From: Oxalobacteraceae bacterium
GTDB taxonomy: Bacteria > Pseudomonadota > Gammaproteobacteria > Burkholderiales > Burkholderiaceae_D
Assembly: GCA_027490725.1 (NCBI GenBank)
Contig: JAIXXN010000062.1
Location: 3,007-67,006, forward strand
Length of the DNA: 64,000 nt
Direction: 5' to 3'
Positions 8,936-19,275 of this stretch are shown here, piece after piece. The position numbers were made by a program, and so were the translations under genes. The notes beneath the pieces are model-generated. The model searched no databases. It was not told the origin of the DNA and saw nothing but the letters and a program-made list of their open reading frames with translations. Each line of letters starts with the position of its first letter. Within the stretch, counting starts at the first letter, position 1.

Positions 8936-9926
8936 GAATACCGGACTGCAGAAAGCAGCAATTCTGATGCTGTGCATGGGCGAGACGGAAGCGGCCGAAG
9001 TGATGAAATTCCTCGGCCCGCGCGAAGTGCTGAAGCTGGGCGCGGCCATGGCCACCATGAAAAACGTGCCGCACGAAGACGTGGTGGGCACGCTGGACAA
9101 TTTCCGCGACATGGTCGCTGCCGCCTCCACCGTGGGGCTGGATTCAGACGAGTACATCCGTCAGGTGCTGACCAAGGCGCTGGGCGACGACAAGGCTTCG
9201 GTGCTGCTGTCGCGGATTCTGGGCGGCAAGGACGCCTCCGGTATCGAATCGCTGAAGTGGATGGATTCGCAATCCGTCGCCGAACTGATCCGCAACGAAC
9301 ACCCGCAGATTATCGCCACCATTCTGGTGCACCTGGAGCGCGATCAGGCTTGCGAAATTCTCGGCCACTTTACCGACCGTCTGCGCAACGACGCAGTACT
9401 GCGCATCGCCACCCTGGATGGCGTGCAGCCGGCCGCGCTGCGCGAGCTGAACGACGTGCTGACCAAACTATTGTCGGGCAATGAAAACATCAAGAAATCC
9501 TCGCTGGGCGGGGTCCGCACGGCTGCCGAAATTCTCAACTTCATGAGCGGCGAGCAAGAGGGTTCGGTGATGGACAACATCAAGAACTACGACAACGATA
9601 TGGCCCAGAAGATCATGGACGAAATGTTCGTGTTCGACAACGTGATCGATATCGACGACCGCGGCATCCAGTTGCTGCTGCGCGAAGTCCAGTCCGACAT
9701 GCTGGTGATTGCCCTGAAAGGTGCGTCGCCGGAGCTGCGCGAAAAAATCTTCAAGAATATGTCGGCCCGTGCGGCCGAGATGATGCGCGAGGATCTGGAA
9801 TCAAAAGGACCGGTACGCCTGTCCGAAGTGGAAGCCCAGCAAAAAGGTATTCTGCAGATCGTCCGGCGTCTGTCCGACGAAGGCCAGATCGTGCTGGGCG
9901 GAAAAGGTGAGGATTCCTTCGTCTAA
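8928..9926 (+). CDS. fliG: Flagellar motor switch protein FliG
   Basis: 332 aa. GLQKAAILMLCMGETEAAEVMKFL... and a C-terminal ...MREDLESKGPVRLSEVEAQQK motif. Confidence 0.96.
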   Translation: MTENTGLQKAAILMLCMGETEAAEVMKFLGPREVLKLGAAMATMKNVPHEDVVGTLDNFRDMVAAASTVGLDSDEYIRQVLTKALGDDKASVLLSRILGGKDASGIESLKWMDSQSVAELIRNEHPQIIATILVHLERDQACEILGHFTDRLRNDAVLRIATLDGVQPAALRELNDVLTKLLSGNENIKKSSLGGVRTAAEILNFMSGEQEGSVMDNIKNYDNDMAQKIMDEMFVFDNVIDIDDRGIQLLLREVQSDMLVIALKGASPELREKIFKNMSARAAEMMREDLESKGPVRLSEVEAQQKGILQIVRRLSDEGQIVLGGKGEDSFV

Positions 9927-10696
9927 TGAGCAGTCACCAGAAAGATCCGCAGCCGGTATTTCAGCGCTGGCAAATGACCTCGTTCGGCGACGAGCGCCCC
10001 AGCGCGGTCGCCCAGCGCGAGGCGGAACAGCGTTTGCAGGATGCCGAGACGGCACGCCGCGCGGCCGAGCAGCGCGCGCAGGAAGAACTGGCCTTACGGC
10101 TGGAACAGCAGGAAAGCGAGCAGCTCGACATGGGCCCGCCGGCCCCGCCGCCGCCCAGCTTCCCTACCGTGGAAGAACTCGAAGAAATCCGCGAACAGGC
10201 GCGTCAGGAAGGCTATGCAGATGGTCAGGCAGCCGGCCACGAAGCAGCACTGGCAGAAGGCAAGCTGCGCACTGACGCCACGCTGGCCGAACTGCAAATG
10301 CTGGCCAGCAGTTTCGCCAGCGCGGTGCAGGATGCCGACCAGCTGATCGCCAATGATGTGCTCGAACTAGCCCTGCAACTGGCCAAGCGCATGCTGAAAA
10401 CCGCCCTGCCGGTCAAGCCGGAACTGCTGCTGCCGGTGGTACGCGAAGCCATCGACTATCTGCCCGCCCTGCACCAGCCGGCGCAACTGCTGCTGCATCC
10501 CGAGGATGCCGCCGTGGTGCGCGAGGGCATCGGCGAAGAACTTGAACAGGGTGGCTGGCGCATCGTCGAAGATGCGCAAGTGGGACGTGGCGGCTGCAAG
10601 GTCGAAACGGCCAGTAACCAGATCGACGCCACGGCCGCGGCACGCTGGCAACGGCTCAGCCATGCGCTGGCCAAAGATATCAGCTGGCTGGACTGA
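9926..10696 (+). CDS. fliH: Flagellar export ATPase regulator FliH
   Basis: 256 aa between fliG and fliI. Charged coiled-coil N-terminal half and FliH-type C-terminal domain. ATG overlaps the fliG stop. Confidence 0.85.
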   Translation: MSSHQKDPQPVFQRWQMTSFGDERPSAVAQREAEQRLQDAETARRAAEQRAQEELALRLEQQESEQLDMGPPAPPPPSFPTVEELEEIREQARQEGYADGQAAGHEAALAEGKLRTDATLAELQMLASSFASAVQDADQLIANDVLELALQLAKRMLKTALPVKPELLLPVVREAIDYLPALHQPAQLLLHPEDAAVVREGIGEELEQGGWRIVEDAQVGRGGCKVETASNQIDATAAARWQRLSHALAKDISWLD

Positions 10697-10697
10697 C

Positions 10698-12161
10698 ATG
10701 AGCCCGCTCGCCGAGACGGCCACCCCGGACCATCAGGACCGCCCTGCCACCCCGCCCGATGTGCCCACGCCCCCCAATCCCCACGCCGGCCGCTGGCAGG
10801 CTTATCTGCACGACTGTGCCACGCTGGTAGAGTTTGTCGAGCCGATGCACGTGTCCGGACGCGTCACCCGGGTTGCCGGACTGGTGATGGAGGCCATCGG
10901 CCTGCGCCTCGCCGTCGGCGCAGCCTGCACCGTCCCCCTGCCCTCGGGCGGCCACATCGAAGCGGAAGTGGTCGGCTTCGAAGGGGAACGCTTATTCCTG
11001 ATGCCGCAAAGCGATGTCGAAGGCGTGGTACCGGGCACCCGCGTGTATCCGGTCGAACCGGCGATTCCCCGTCCCGGCAGCGTCGCCCATCCGCGCCGCC
11101 GCCCCAGCGACCGGGCGCGCCACCTGCCGGTCGGCCCGGAACTGCTGGGCCGCGTGCTCGATGGTGCCGGCCGCCCGCTCGATGGCCTCGGTCCCCTGAA
11201 CGCCAGCGCCAGCGCGCCGATTAATACCCGCCCCGCCAATCCGCTGGGACGCGCGCCGATTACCGACACGCTCGACGTGGGGGTACGCTCGATCAACGCG
11301 ATGCTGACGGTGGGCCGCGGCCAGCGTATGGGGCTGTTCGCCGGTTCCGGGGTCGGTAAGTCGGTGCTGCTCGGCATGATGGCACGCTATACGGAAGCCG
11401 ACATCATCGTGGTCGGCCTGATTGGCGAACGAGGCCGCGAGGTCAAGGAATTCATCGAACAGATTCTCGGCGAGGAAGGTCTGGCCCGCTCGGTGGTGGT
11501 GGCCGCACCGGCCGACACCCCGCCGCTGATGCGCCTGCAAGGCGCCGCCTACGCCACGGCGATTGCCGAACACTTCCGCGATCAGGGCATGAATGTGCTG
11601 CTGATTATGGATTCGCTGACCCGCTACGCTATGGCGCAGCGCGAAATTGCGCTGGCCATCGGCGAACCACCGGCCACCAAAGGCTATCCGCCCTCGGTAT
11701 TTGCCAAGCTGCCGATTCTGGTCGAACGGGCCGGTAACGGCGAACAGGGCGGCGGCTCGATTACCGCCTTCTACACGGTACTGACCGAGGGCGACGACCA
11801 GCAGGATCCGATTGCCGACTCGGCACGCGCGATTCTGGACGGCCACATCGTGCTGAACCGGCGACTGGCCGAAGCTGGACACTACCCGGCCATCGACATC
11901 GAACAGTCGATCAGCCGCGCGATGCACTCGATCACCAGCCCCGAGCACCAGCAGCAGGCCAGGCGACTCAAGCAGCTATTTTCGCGCTACGAGCGTAGCC
12001 GTGACCTGATCAGCGTCGGCGCCTATGCCGCCGGCAGCGATCCGGTGCTTGATCAGGCCATCGTCCTGCACGAACGGATCGAACATTTCCTGCAACAGCA
12101 GATCTCCGAGCAAGTCACCATGGGTGAGAGCTTAGGGCAACTTACCTCTCTATTCGACTGA
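10698..12161 (+). CDS. fliI: Flagellum-specific ATPase FliI
   Basis: Walker A GSGVGKS and Walker [10 protein letters not shown]. Start chosen at the ATG 1 nt after the fliH stop; the ORF-track start at 10506 lies inside fliH. Confidence 0.95.
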   Translation: MSPLAETATPDHQDRPATPPDVPTPPNPHAGRWQAYLHDCATLVEFVEPMHVSGRVTRVAGLVMEAIGLRLAVGAACTVPLPSGGHIEAEVVGFEGERLFLMPQSDVEGVVPGTRVYPVEPAIPRPGSVAHPRRRPSDRARHLPVGPELLGRVLDGAGRPLDGLGPLNASASAPINTRPANPLGRAPITDTLDVGVRSINAMLTVGRGQRMGLFAGSGVGKSVLLGMMARYTEADIIVVGLIGERGREVKEFIEQILGEEGLARSVVVAAPADTPPLMRLQGAAYATAIAEHFRDQGMNVLLIMDSLTRYAMAQREIALAIGEPPATKGYPPSVFAKLPILVERAGNGEQGGGSITAFYTVLTEGDDQQDPIADSARAILDGHIVLNRRLAEAGHYPAIDIEQSISRAMHSITSPEHQQQARRLKQLFSRYERSRDLISVGAYAAGSDPVLDQAIVLHERIEHFLQQQISEQVTMGESLGQLTSLFD

Positions 12162-12197
12162 TGGGCGGGCCCGCTGCCCTCCTATAATTGATGCATC

Positions 12198-12638
12198 ATG
12201 GCTTCACAAGCGCAATTAGAAACACTGATCGGGCTGGCACAGCGCGAAACCGACGAAGCGGCAAAACGCCTCGGGGTTGCGCTGAAAGCGGTCGAGGATG
12301 CCAAACAGAAGCACCAGATGCTGCAGGGCTACCGCGAGGAATACGTGCAACGTTTTCACGCGGCCCAAGCAGCAGGCATCACCCCCATGGCCTATCGCAA
12401 TTTTCAGGCCTTTATGGACAAACTCGACGTGGCCGTAAATGGCCAGCTAGAGATGATCCGGCACGCCGAATACCGCGCCGGGCAGGAAAAGGCCGCCTGG
12501 CAGGCCAGCGAGCGCAAGCGCATGTCCTACACCACCCTGAATGACCGGGCGGCCGCGGCGGCACTGCAGCTGGAAAACAAGCGCGACCAGAAGCAGATGG
12601 ATGAACACGCAGCACGGCAAGCGTATTACAAACGCTGA
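12198..12638 (+). CDS. fliJ: Flagellar export protein FliJ
   Basis: 146 aa coiled-coil protein after fliI with a typical FliJ N-terminus (..LETLIGLAQRETDEAAKRLG..). Confidence 0.85.
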   Translation: MASQAQLETLIGLAQRETDEAAKRLGVALKAVEDAKQKHQMLQGYREEYVQRFHAAQAAGITPMAYRNFQAFMDKLDVAVNGQLEMIRHAEYRAGQEKAAWQASERKRMSYTTLNDRAAAAALQLENKRDQKQMDEHAARQAYYKR

Positions 12639-12671
12639 CCGACTACCGCAACCAACCGAAACGGCGCGATC

Positions 12672-14348
12672 ATGCAAACCCAGAATCTCCAGATGCCTAC
12701 TTTGAATGCCAACGCAGCAGCCGCTCCCAGAGTCAATCTGAATCTGCAGGCCAGCGGCGGCGACAACGCCTTCCAGCGTGCTCTGTCGCGTGAGATGGAT
12801 CAGCGCCAGAGCAGCAACGCGCTGACCGGCAACGCCGCCAAAGCCAGTGAGCGCCCGTCACAGAGCCGCGCAATTGCACGGGCCAACGAAACCGCCAAGC
12901 CAGCCACGCCGGCCAGTAACGCCACTGCCGCGAATAGCAACGCTAGCAGTAGCGCGGCCAGCACCGAAGCGGTCGCCTCAGGCAATCCCGATACGGCTGC
13001 CGTCAGCAACCCGACCGGCAGCGCCAGCAGCCAGGACAGCGCCGCTGCCGCCAGCACTGCCGTCGATCAGGCCGCCAGCGATGCTGCTAGCGATGCCCAG
13101 GCCGCCGCACAGGCCGACCCGGTAGCCCAGATGCTGGCCCTGGTGGCCGCCTTCAACCAGCCGATCAGCCTCGCACCGGCCACCCCGGCCAGCGTCGAGA
13201 CGGACCAGTCCGGCGCTGCCACGACAGCGCTACTCGACACTACCCAGAGTGCGCCGGAAGTGCTGGCCAGCGCCGGCAGCGCGGCCGATGCGGCCACGCT
13301 GCCTGGTAGCAGCGATCCTGCCAGTGTGGCCAGCGCCGCCCAGGCATTGCCGCTGGACAGCGATGCCGCCAGCAGCAGCGCCAGCAGCAGCGCGGCCAGT
13401 TTCAGCGCCGCCCTGATGCAGGCCCAGAGCGGTGCCGCCGCAAACGCCGCGAGCAGCACTGCAGCAGCGACGGCAGCAGCAGCCGCCAGCACGGCCGCGA
13501 CCAGCGCCGCCGCGACCAGTGCCCTGCAGGCCAGCGCCGCGCAGACCAGCGCCACGCCCGACGCCAGCGATACGCTGGCCAGTGCCGATGCCAGTGACGC
13601 GCTGCCGGAACTGGTACCAGCCAGCGTCGATACCAGCGAGCAGGCCGGCAACAGCGCCCCGATCAAAGCGGGCCCGGCCAGCGTGAGCAGCCAGCCAGCT
13701 GCCGAAGCGGGCAGCAGCAAAACCGAAACCCTGGCCGCAGCCTTCAGCGCGCGTACCGGCAACCCCAGCGAGAGTGTCGCACAACTCAAAGAGGCCGCCC
13801 CCGCGATCAGCGTGGCCAGCAATGCCCAGAGCGCACTGGCAGCGGCCAAAGCTGCCGTCAGTGCCGTGCCGACGGACAAACTCAGCAGCCGGGTCGGCAC
13901 GCCGGCCTGGGATCAGCAACTGGGGCAGAAAATCATCTTCATGGCCGCCGGCGGTGAACAGAGCGCCACCATGGAACTCAATCCGCCCGATCTGGGACCA
14001 CTGCAAGTGGTTCTGAGCATTAACAAGGATCAGGCCACGGCCGCCTTCAGCTCGGCCCAGCCGGAAGTGCGTCAGGCGCTGGAAGCGGCACTGCCCAAGC
14101 TCAAGGAAATGATGAGCGAAGCGGGGATTCAGCTCGGTAATGCCAGTGTTTCGGCTGGTATGTCAGATCAAGGCAACGCTTTCCAGCAGCAGGCCAGCGC
14201 GGCCCAGAGCGGCTCCGGGCGCTCCGCTAGCGGTGGCAACGCCGGCAGCGGCGGCTCCGGACGCGAGAGCAACGCCAGCGCCGCAGACACCGTGCGTAGC
14301 GCCGCGCCACGCCGGCTGCCGGCGGGCGCGGTGGACACCTTTGCCTGA
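12672..14348 (+). CDS. fliK: Flagellar hook-length control protein FliK
   Basis: 558 aa with an Ala/Ser-rich low-complexity centre. C-terminal domain ...MELNPPDLGPLQVVLSINKDQATAAFSSAQPEVRQALEAALPKLKEMMSEAGIQLG is typical FliK. Confidence 0.9.
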   Translation: MQTQNLQMPTLNANAAAAPRVNLNLQASGGDNAFQRALSREMDQRQSSNALTGNAAKASERPSQSRAIARANETAKPATPASNATAANSNASSSAASTEAVASGNPDTAAVSNPTGSASSQDSAAAASTAVDQAASDAASDAQAAAQADPVAQMLALVAAFNQPISLAPATPASVETDQSGAATTALLDTTQSAPEVLASAGSAADAATLPGSSDPASVASAAQALPLDSDAASSSASSSAASFSAALMQAQSGAAANAASSTAAATAAAAASTAATSAAATSALQASAAQTSATPDASDTLASADASDALPELVPASVDTSEQAGNSAPIKAGPASVSSQPAAEAGSSKTETLAAAFSARTGNPSESVAQLKEAAPAISVASNAQSALAAAKAAVSAVPTDKLSSRVGTPAWDQQLGQKIIFMAAGGEQSATMELNPPDLGPLQVVLSINKDQATAAFSSAQPEVRQALEAALPKLKEMMSEAGIQLGNASVSAGMSDQGNAFQQQASAAQSGSGRSASGGNAGSGGSGRESNASAADTVRSAAPRRLPAGAVDTFA

Positions 14349-14528
14349 GCGGGACAAGGGCGCGCGGCAGCGTAATCGCCAGCCGGCCAGCGCGGCCGGC
14401 CACCTGTTACACTACGGAAATTCCGAACACCCTGCAGATCGTGCTTCTTTTCGACGCTTGTGATGCCGCAGGGGTAAGCGAAAATGACATAATGGCGGCG
14501 TGATCCACTTCCGACATAGAAGAGCAAC

Positions 14529-15080
14529 TTGAAAGCGAACCCGAAAATGAAAGCAGAGCCGAAAGTCGAAGCAGCGCCTGCGGGCGGTGGCAGTAAAAAG
14601 CTGATTATCATCATCGTAGCCCTGCTGCTGGTGCTGGGCGGTGGTGGCGGTGCTGCCGCCTGGTACTTCCTGCATGCCAAAGCGCCCGCCGAAGGCGCCG
14701 CGCACGAAGAGGAAGAAGCACCGAAGCCCAAGAAAGCTTCCAAAAAAGGCCATGCCGGCCCACCGGAATATGTGGTGATCGAACCGTTCACCGTCAATCT
14801 GCAACCCGGTGAAGGCGGTGGCGACCAGTATCTGCAACTGGCGTTCACGCTGGAAGTGAGCGGTCCGGAAGAGAACAAGACGGTCAAGGACAATATGGCC
14901 AAGGTGCGTAGCCGCATGCTGTTGCTGTTGTCGAGCAAACGCGCCGAAGACCTGAAAACGCCGGAAGGTAAAGTCCAGCTGGCCCGCGAGATCATCGCCC
15001 AGCTCAAGGAGCCGTTCGAGGACCGCGGTGCGCCACAGGAAATCGAAGACGTGCTGTTCACCTCCTTTATCATTCAGTAA
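14529..15080 (+). CDS. fliL: Flagellar basal-body-associated protein FliL
   Basis: 183 aa with a single TM (LIIIIVALLLVLGGG) and the FliL motif ..EYVVIEPFTVNL. TTG at 14529 or ATG at 14547 are both possible starts. Confidence 0.85.
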   Translation: MKANPKMKAEPKVEAAPAGGGSKKLIIIIVALLLVLGGGGGAAAWYFLHAKAPAEGAAHEEEEAPKPKKASKKGHAGPPEYVVIEPFTVNLQPGEGGGDQYLQLAFTLEVSGPEENKTVKDNMAKVRSRMLLLLSSKRAEDLKTPEGKVQLAREIIAQLKEPFEDRGAPQEIEDVLFTSFIIQ

Positions 15081-15101
15081 TCATTGAGTAGCTAGAAAGT
15101 C

Positions 15102-16082
15102 ATGGCTGATAATTTTCTCTCCCAGGAAGAAGTCGATGCCCTGTTAAAGGGCGTCAACGGCGACCAGGACGATGTCGCGGCGCAGGAAGATGTTGCGGGT
15201 GTCCGCACCTACAACCTCGCTACGCAGGAGCGCATCGTGCGTGGGCGTATGCCGACGCTGGAAATTATCAACGAGCGTTTCGCACGTCTGCTACGGGTCG
15301 GCCTGTTCAACTTCCTGCGCCGTAGCGCCGAGGTCTCGGTGGGCTCGGTGCGAGTCTCCAAGTATTCGGAATTCATCCGCAATCTGGTGGTGCCAACCAA
15401 TCTGAATCTGGTGCACATGAAGCCGCTGCGCGGCACCGCCCTGATGGTGTTCGATCCGGGTCTGGTGTTCCTGCTGGTGGATAATCTGTTCGGCGGCGAC
15501 GGGCGCTTCCATACCCGCGTCGAAGGACGCGATTTCACCCAGACCGAGCAGCGCATCATTCTGCGCATTCTCGATATCGTGTTCGAAGCCTATACCAAGT
15601 CGTGGGAACCGGTGTACCCCGTCGAGTTCGAATACATCCGCTCCGAAATGAATACCCAGTTTGCCAATATCGCCACCCCCAACGAGGTGGTGGTGGCCTC
15701 CACCTTCACGGTGGAACTGGGCTCCGTGTCCGGCCAGATTCACTTCTGCATGCCGTATTCGATGATCGAACCAATCCGCGACTCGCTGACCTCCAGCCTG
15801 CAAGGCGAGGCGCTGGAAGTGGATAAACGCTGGATCCGTCTGATGACGCAACAGATCCAGATCGCCGAAGTGGAACTGGTGGCCACGCTGGGCACGGCCA
15901 AAGTCAATTTCGACGAAATACTGAATATGCGGGTGGGCGACATCATCCCGCTGTCCATCCCGGAACTGCTGGCCGCCACCGTTGATGGCGTGCCCGTGAT
16001 GGACTGCAGCTACGGGGTGATGAACGGACAATACGCGCTGAAGGTGGAGAAACTGCTCGCCAATGCCGATAACATCAAATAA
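15102..16082 (+). CDS. fliM: Flagellar motor switch protein FliM
   Basis: N-terminal CheY-P-binding motif LSQEEVDALL and the conserved FliM core. Confidence 0.96.
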   Translation: MADNFLSQEEVDALLKGVNGDQDDVAAQEDVAGVRTYNLATQERIVRGRMPTLEIINERFARLLRVGLFNFLRRSAEVSVGSVRVSKYSEFIRNLVVPTNLNLVHMKPLRGTALMVFDPGLVFLLVDNLFGGDGRFHTRVEGRDFTQTEQRIILRILDIVFEAYTKSWEPVYPVEFEYIRSEMNTQFANIATPNEVVVASTFTVELGSVSGQIHFCMPYSMIEPIRDSLTSSLQGEALEVDKRWIRLMTQQIQIAEVELVATLGTAKVNFDEILNMRVGDIIPLSIPELLAATVDGVPVMDCSYGVMNGQYALKVEKLLANADNIK

Positions 16083-16126
16083 CACCGGCGCAGCCGCTGC
16101 CGGTGACCGCAATACAGGAGAGAAGC

Positions 16127-16555
16127 ATGTCGGATAATCAAGACGATCAGCCTATGGACGACGATCCATGGGGCGCGGCCATCGCCGAACAAGCGCAGGC
16201 CGAAGCGGCTGCGGCGGAAAAGGCCCAGACCCAGGCCGCCAGCGCCGCCGTGTTCAAGGATTTTTCCAATACGGCACCGAAAACGGAAACCCATAACGAT
16301 ATCGATTTCATTCTCGATATTCCGGTACAGCTGACGGTGGAACTGGGTCGCACCAAGATCGCCATCAAGAATCTGCTGCAATTGGCACAAGGTTCGGTGG
16401 TCGAGCTCGACGGTCTGGCCGGCGAACCGATGGACGTGCTGGTCAATGGCTGCCTGATCGCCCAGGGCGAGGTGGTGGTGGTCAATGACAAATTCGGTAT
16501 CCGCCTGACCGACATCATCACGCCATCCGAACGTATCCGAAAACTCAATAAATGA
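16127..16555 (+). CDS. fliN: Flagellar motor switch protein FliN
   Basis: C-terminal SpoA domain (ILDIPVQLTVELGRTKIAIKNLLQLAQGSVVELD...). ATG at 16127 has AGGAGA 5 nt upstream. Confidence 0.93.
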   Translation: MSDNQDDQPMDDDPWGAAIAEQAQAEAAAAEKAQTQAASAAVFKDFSNTAPKTETHNDIDFILDIPVQLTVELGRTKIAIKNLLQLAQGSVVELDGLAGEPMDVLVNGCLIAQGEVVVVNDKFGIRLTDIITPSERIRKLNK

Positions 16556-17268
16556 AGCGTGGACTGATTTCTTCCCTATGGATCGCGGCGGCTCTGGCCG
16601 CCGCGCCTGTAATGGCCCAGCACCGCGTGTCCGGCACCATCGCCGGCCAGCATGCTGCTAGCACGCCGCCTGCGGCCGCCTTGCCCGCCGCCAGCGCAAC
16701 GACTCCGAGCGCGCATCCGGGGCCGAATCAGGGCGCTGCTGCGGCGCCATCGGCCGCGACGCCGGCGCCGGCCAGCGCGGTAACGAGCGGCACCGACAGT
16801 CAAGGCGCCGCACTGCCGGCCAGCAGCGCCGGTCCAGCGGCCGTGACCGCGCCGCCGGGCCCGCTAGCGCTGACCATCCCGACCCCGCCACCGCCGCCAC
16901 CGAGCAGCGGCGGCCTGCTGCAAACCACCATGGCGCTGCTATTCGTGCTGGCAGTACTGGTTGGTCTGGCCTGGCTGCTGAAACGCTATGGCCCGAAACA
17001 CCTGAACGGCAGCCAGCGCCACATCAAACTGGTCGACAGTCTGAATCTGGGTGCGCGCGAGCGCATCCTGCTGCTCGAAGTGGGCGAACAATGGATCGTG
17101 GTGGGCGCTTCGGCCGGCCGTATGAATGCCCTGACCACCCTGCCGCGGCAGGAAATACCGGAGCCACCAGCCCAGCAAGACACCAGCGCAGGCGCTGCCT
17201 CCGGCCCCCTCAAAGCCAATTTCGCTGCCTGGCTGAAACAGACCATCGAGCAACGCCATGGCAAATAA
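16552..17268 (+). CDS. fliO: Flagellar biosynthesis protein FliO with a long Ala/Pro-rich N-terminal extension
   Basis: The FliO core is at the C-terminal half (..[50 protein letters not shown]..). ATG overlaps the fliN stop (ATGA). Confidence 0.85.
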   Translation: MKRGLISSLWIAAALAAAPVMAQHRVSGTIAGQHAASTPPAAALPAASATTPSAHPGPNQGAAAAPSAATPAPASAVTSGTDSQGAALPASSAGPAAVTAPPGPLALTIPTPPPPPPSSGGLLQTTMALLFVLAVLVGLAWLLKRYGPKHLNGSQRHIKLVDSLNLGARERILLLEVGEQWIVVGASAGRMNALTTLPRQEIPEPPAQQDTSAGAASGPLKANFAAWLKQTIEQRHGK

Positions 17269-18028
17269 TTCCATCTGGCGCCGCCCTGCGGCGCAATGGC
17301 TGCTGTTAGTGGCCGCCCTCAGCCTGCCACTGCTGGCCAGTGCCCAGTCCAGCGTCGGCATCCCGGCCTTCACGGCCACCCCGGCGCCGGGCGGCGGCAC
17401 CAACTACACGCTGCCGGTTCAGACCATGCTGCTGATGACAGCGCTGAGCTTCATCCCGGCCGCGCTGTTGCTGATGACCTGTTTTACCCGCATCATCATC
17501 GTGCTATCGCTGCTACGTCAGGCACTCGGCACCCAGTCCGCGCCGCCGAATCAGGTGATGGTCGGTCTGGCACTGTTCCTCACCCTGTTCGTGATGGGGC
17601 CCACCTTCGACAAAATCTACACGGAAGCCTATCTGCCGCTACAGGAAAACCGCATCAACCTGAGCGTCGCGATGGACAGGGGCGCGGCGCCCCTGAAGAC
17701 CTTCATGATGAAGCAGACCCGCCAGGCCGATCTGGCCCTGTTCGTGAAACTCTCGCGCAGCCCTGCCCTGCAGGGTCCGGAAGATGTGCCGCTGCGCATC
17801 CTGGTGCCGGCCTTCGTCACCAGCGAGCTGAAAACCGCCTTCCAGATCGGCTTTGCCATCTTTATCCCCTTCCTGATCATCGATATGGTGGTGGCCTCGG
17901 TGCTGATGTCGATGGGGATGATGATGATGTCGCCCGCGGTGATTTCGCTGCCATTCAAACTGATGCTGTTCGTGCTGGTAGACGGCTGGCAATTGCTGCT
18001 GGGTTCGCTTGCCCAGAGTTTCTACTAG
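17258..18028 (+). CDS. fliP: Flagellar export apparatus protein FliP
   Basis: Signal-like N-terminus and conserved FliP blocks (..[21 protein letters not shown].., ..[20 protein letters not shown]..). Confidence 0.96.
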   Translation: MANNSIWRRPAAQWLLLVAALSLPLLASAQSSVGIPAFTATPAPGGGTNYTLPVQTMLLMTALSFIPAALLLMTCFTRIIIVLSLLRQALGTQSAPPNQVMVGLALFLTLFVMGPTFDKIYTEAYLPLQENRINLSVAMDRGAAPLKTFMMKQTRQADLALFVKLSRSPALQGPEDVPLRILVPAFVTSELKTAFQIGFAIFIPFLIIDMVVASVLMSMGMMMMSPAVISLPFKLMLFVLVDGWQLLLGSLAQSFY

Positions 18029-18037
18029 GAGCGTGCG

Positions 18038-18307
18038 ATGACCCCGGAAAGCGTCATGACACTGGGCCGCCACGCCATGGAAGTGACCCTGATGATCGCC
18101 GCGCCGATGCTACTGGTCGCGCTGGTGATCGGCCTGATCGTGAGTATTTTTCAGGCCGCCACCCAGATTAACGAAGCCACCCTGTCCTTCATCCCCAAGC
18201 TGGTAGGCATCTTCGTCGCGCTGGTCATCGCCGGCCCGTGGATGCTGTCCGTCATGCTCGATTACATGCGTGAAGTGTTCAATGGCATTCCCGGACTGGT
18301 GGGCTAG
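18038..18307 (+). CDS. fliQ: Flagellar export apparatus protein FliQ
   Basis: 89 aa two-TM protein with AGGAG RBS. ..FQAATQINEATLSFIPK.. motif. Confidence 0.95.
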   Translation: MTPESVMTLGRHAMEVTLMIAAPMLLVALVIGLIVSIFQAATQINEATLSFIPKLVGIFVALVIAGPWMLSVMLDYMREVFNGIPGLVG

Positions 18308-18348
18308 CGCCGTTATGCCGCACGGAAATAAATAGTGGGCCTGCCCTC

Positions 18349-19191
18349 ATGATTTCCTTCTCGACAGCCGATATTAACCTGTGGATAGCCGGGTTGCTGT
18401 GGCCGCTCACGCGCATCCTTGGTCTGCTGGCGTCCGCGCCCCTGTTCGGCAATTCCGCCGTACCGGCCAGCGTCAAGGTGTCTCTGGGCGTGCTGCTGGC
18501 GATGGTGGTGGCGCCGGCCGTGCCGGCACTACCGGCTGCCGACCCGCTGTCGCTGGCAGGTTTGCTGATTCTGGTGCAGGAGCTGCTGATCGGACTGGCG
18601 ATGGGCTTTTCCATCCGGATCGTGTTTGCGGCCGTCGAAATGGCCGGTGAAATTTCCAGTCTGACCATGGGGCTGGGCTTTGCCACCTTCTTCGACCCGA
18701 ACACGCAGGGCCGTTCGTCCGCCATTAGCCAGTTTCTGGCGCTGGTGACGACCATGCTGTTTTTGTCGGTGAATGCCCATCTGGTGCTGCTGTCGGCACT
18801 GGTGGAAAGTTTTTACAGTCTGCCCGTATCAGCCTCGCCCGTGTACGGCGGCGGCTTCAAGCAACTGGCTGACTGGGGCGGCAAGATTTTCAGTACCGGT
18901 GTGCAGTTATCGCTGCCCATCGTGGCAGCTTTATTAATTACCAACGTTGCGCTCGGGATATTGACGCGCGCAGCACCGCAGTTGAATTTATTCGGTATCG
19001 GTTTTCCGATTACCCTCGGGGTCGGTTTGCTGGTGGTGGCCATGACCCTCCCGTATCTGGCCACTCCTGTGCAGAACTGGTTTTTGGATGGCATCGAACG
19101 GGCGCGCCTGATGCCGCGCACCTGGTCGCAACGGGTGGAAACGGCGCCGCCGGCGCCACCATCGAGGCGACCGGCAGGGCTAACGCCATAG
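18349..19191 (+). CDS. fliR: Flagellar export apparatus protein FliR
   Basis: 280 aa polytopic membrane protein following fliQ with a typical FliR profile. Confidence 0.93.
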   Translation: MISFSTADINLWIAGLLWPLTRILGLLASAPLFGNSAVPASVKVSLGVLLAMVVAPAVPALPAADPLSLAGLLILVQELLIGLAMGFSIRIVFAAVEMAGEISSLTMGLGFATFFDPNTQGRSSAISQFLALVTTMLFLSVNAHLVLLSALVESFYSLPVSASPVYGGGFKQLADWGGKIFSTGVQLSLPIVAALLITNVALGILTRAAPQLNLFGIGFPITLGVGLLVVAMTLPYLATPVQNWFLDGIERARLMPRTWSQRVETAPPAPPSRRPAGLTP

Positions 19192-19275
19192 CGAAATACA
19201 ATCGGTAACTAGCAGGATTTGGTTTCCATGAGGCAATTATTGGCGTATCATGGAAGCTCCCGGGAGAACAATGCA

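Noticed and set aside
10506-10697. ORF-track N-terminal extensions: fliI from 10506, flgH from 34440, flgG from 35203, fliE from 6991, fliN from 16103, flgN from 40453, mobA-moeA from 59564, Rieske from 53084, fliS from 3029.
   Set aside because: The extensions overlap the preceding gene, have Arg/Cys/Pro-rich non-homologous sequence, or place the RBS in the wrong position. Internal starts restore canonical N-termini, family-typical lengths and good RBS spacing or stop-start coupling.
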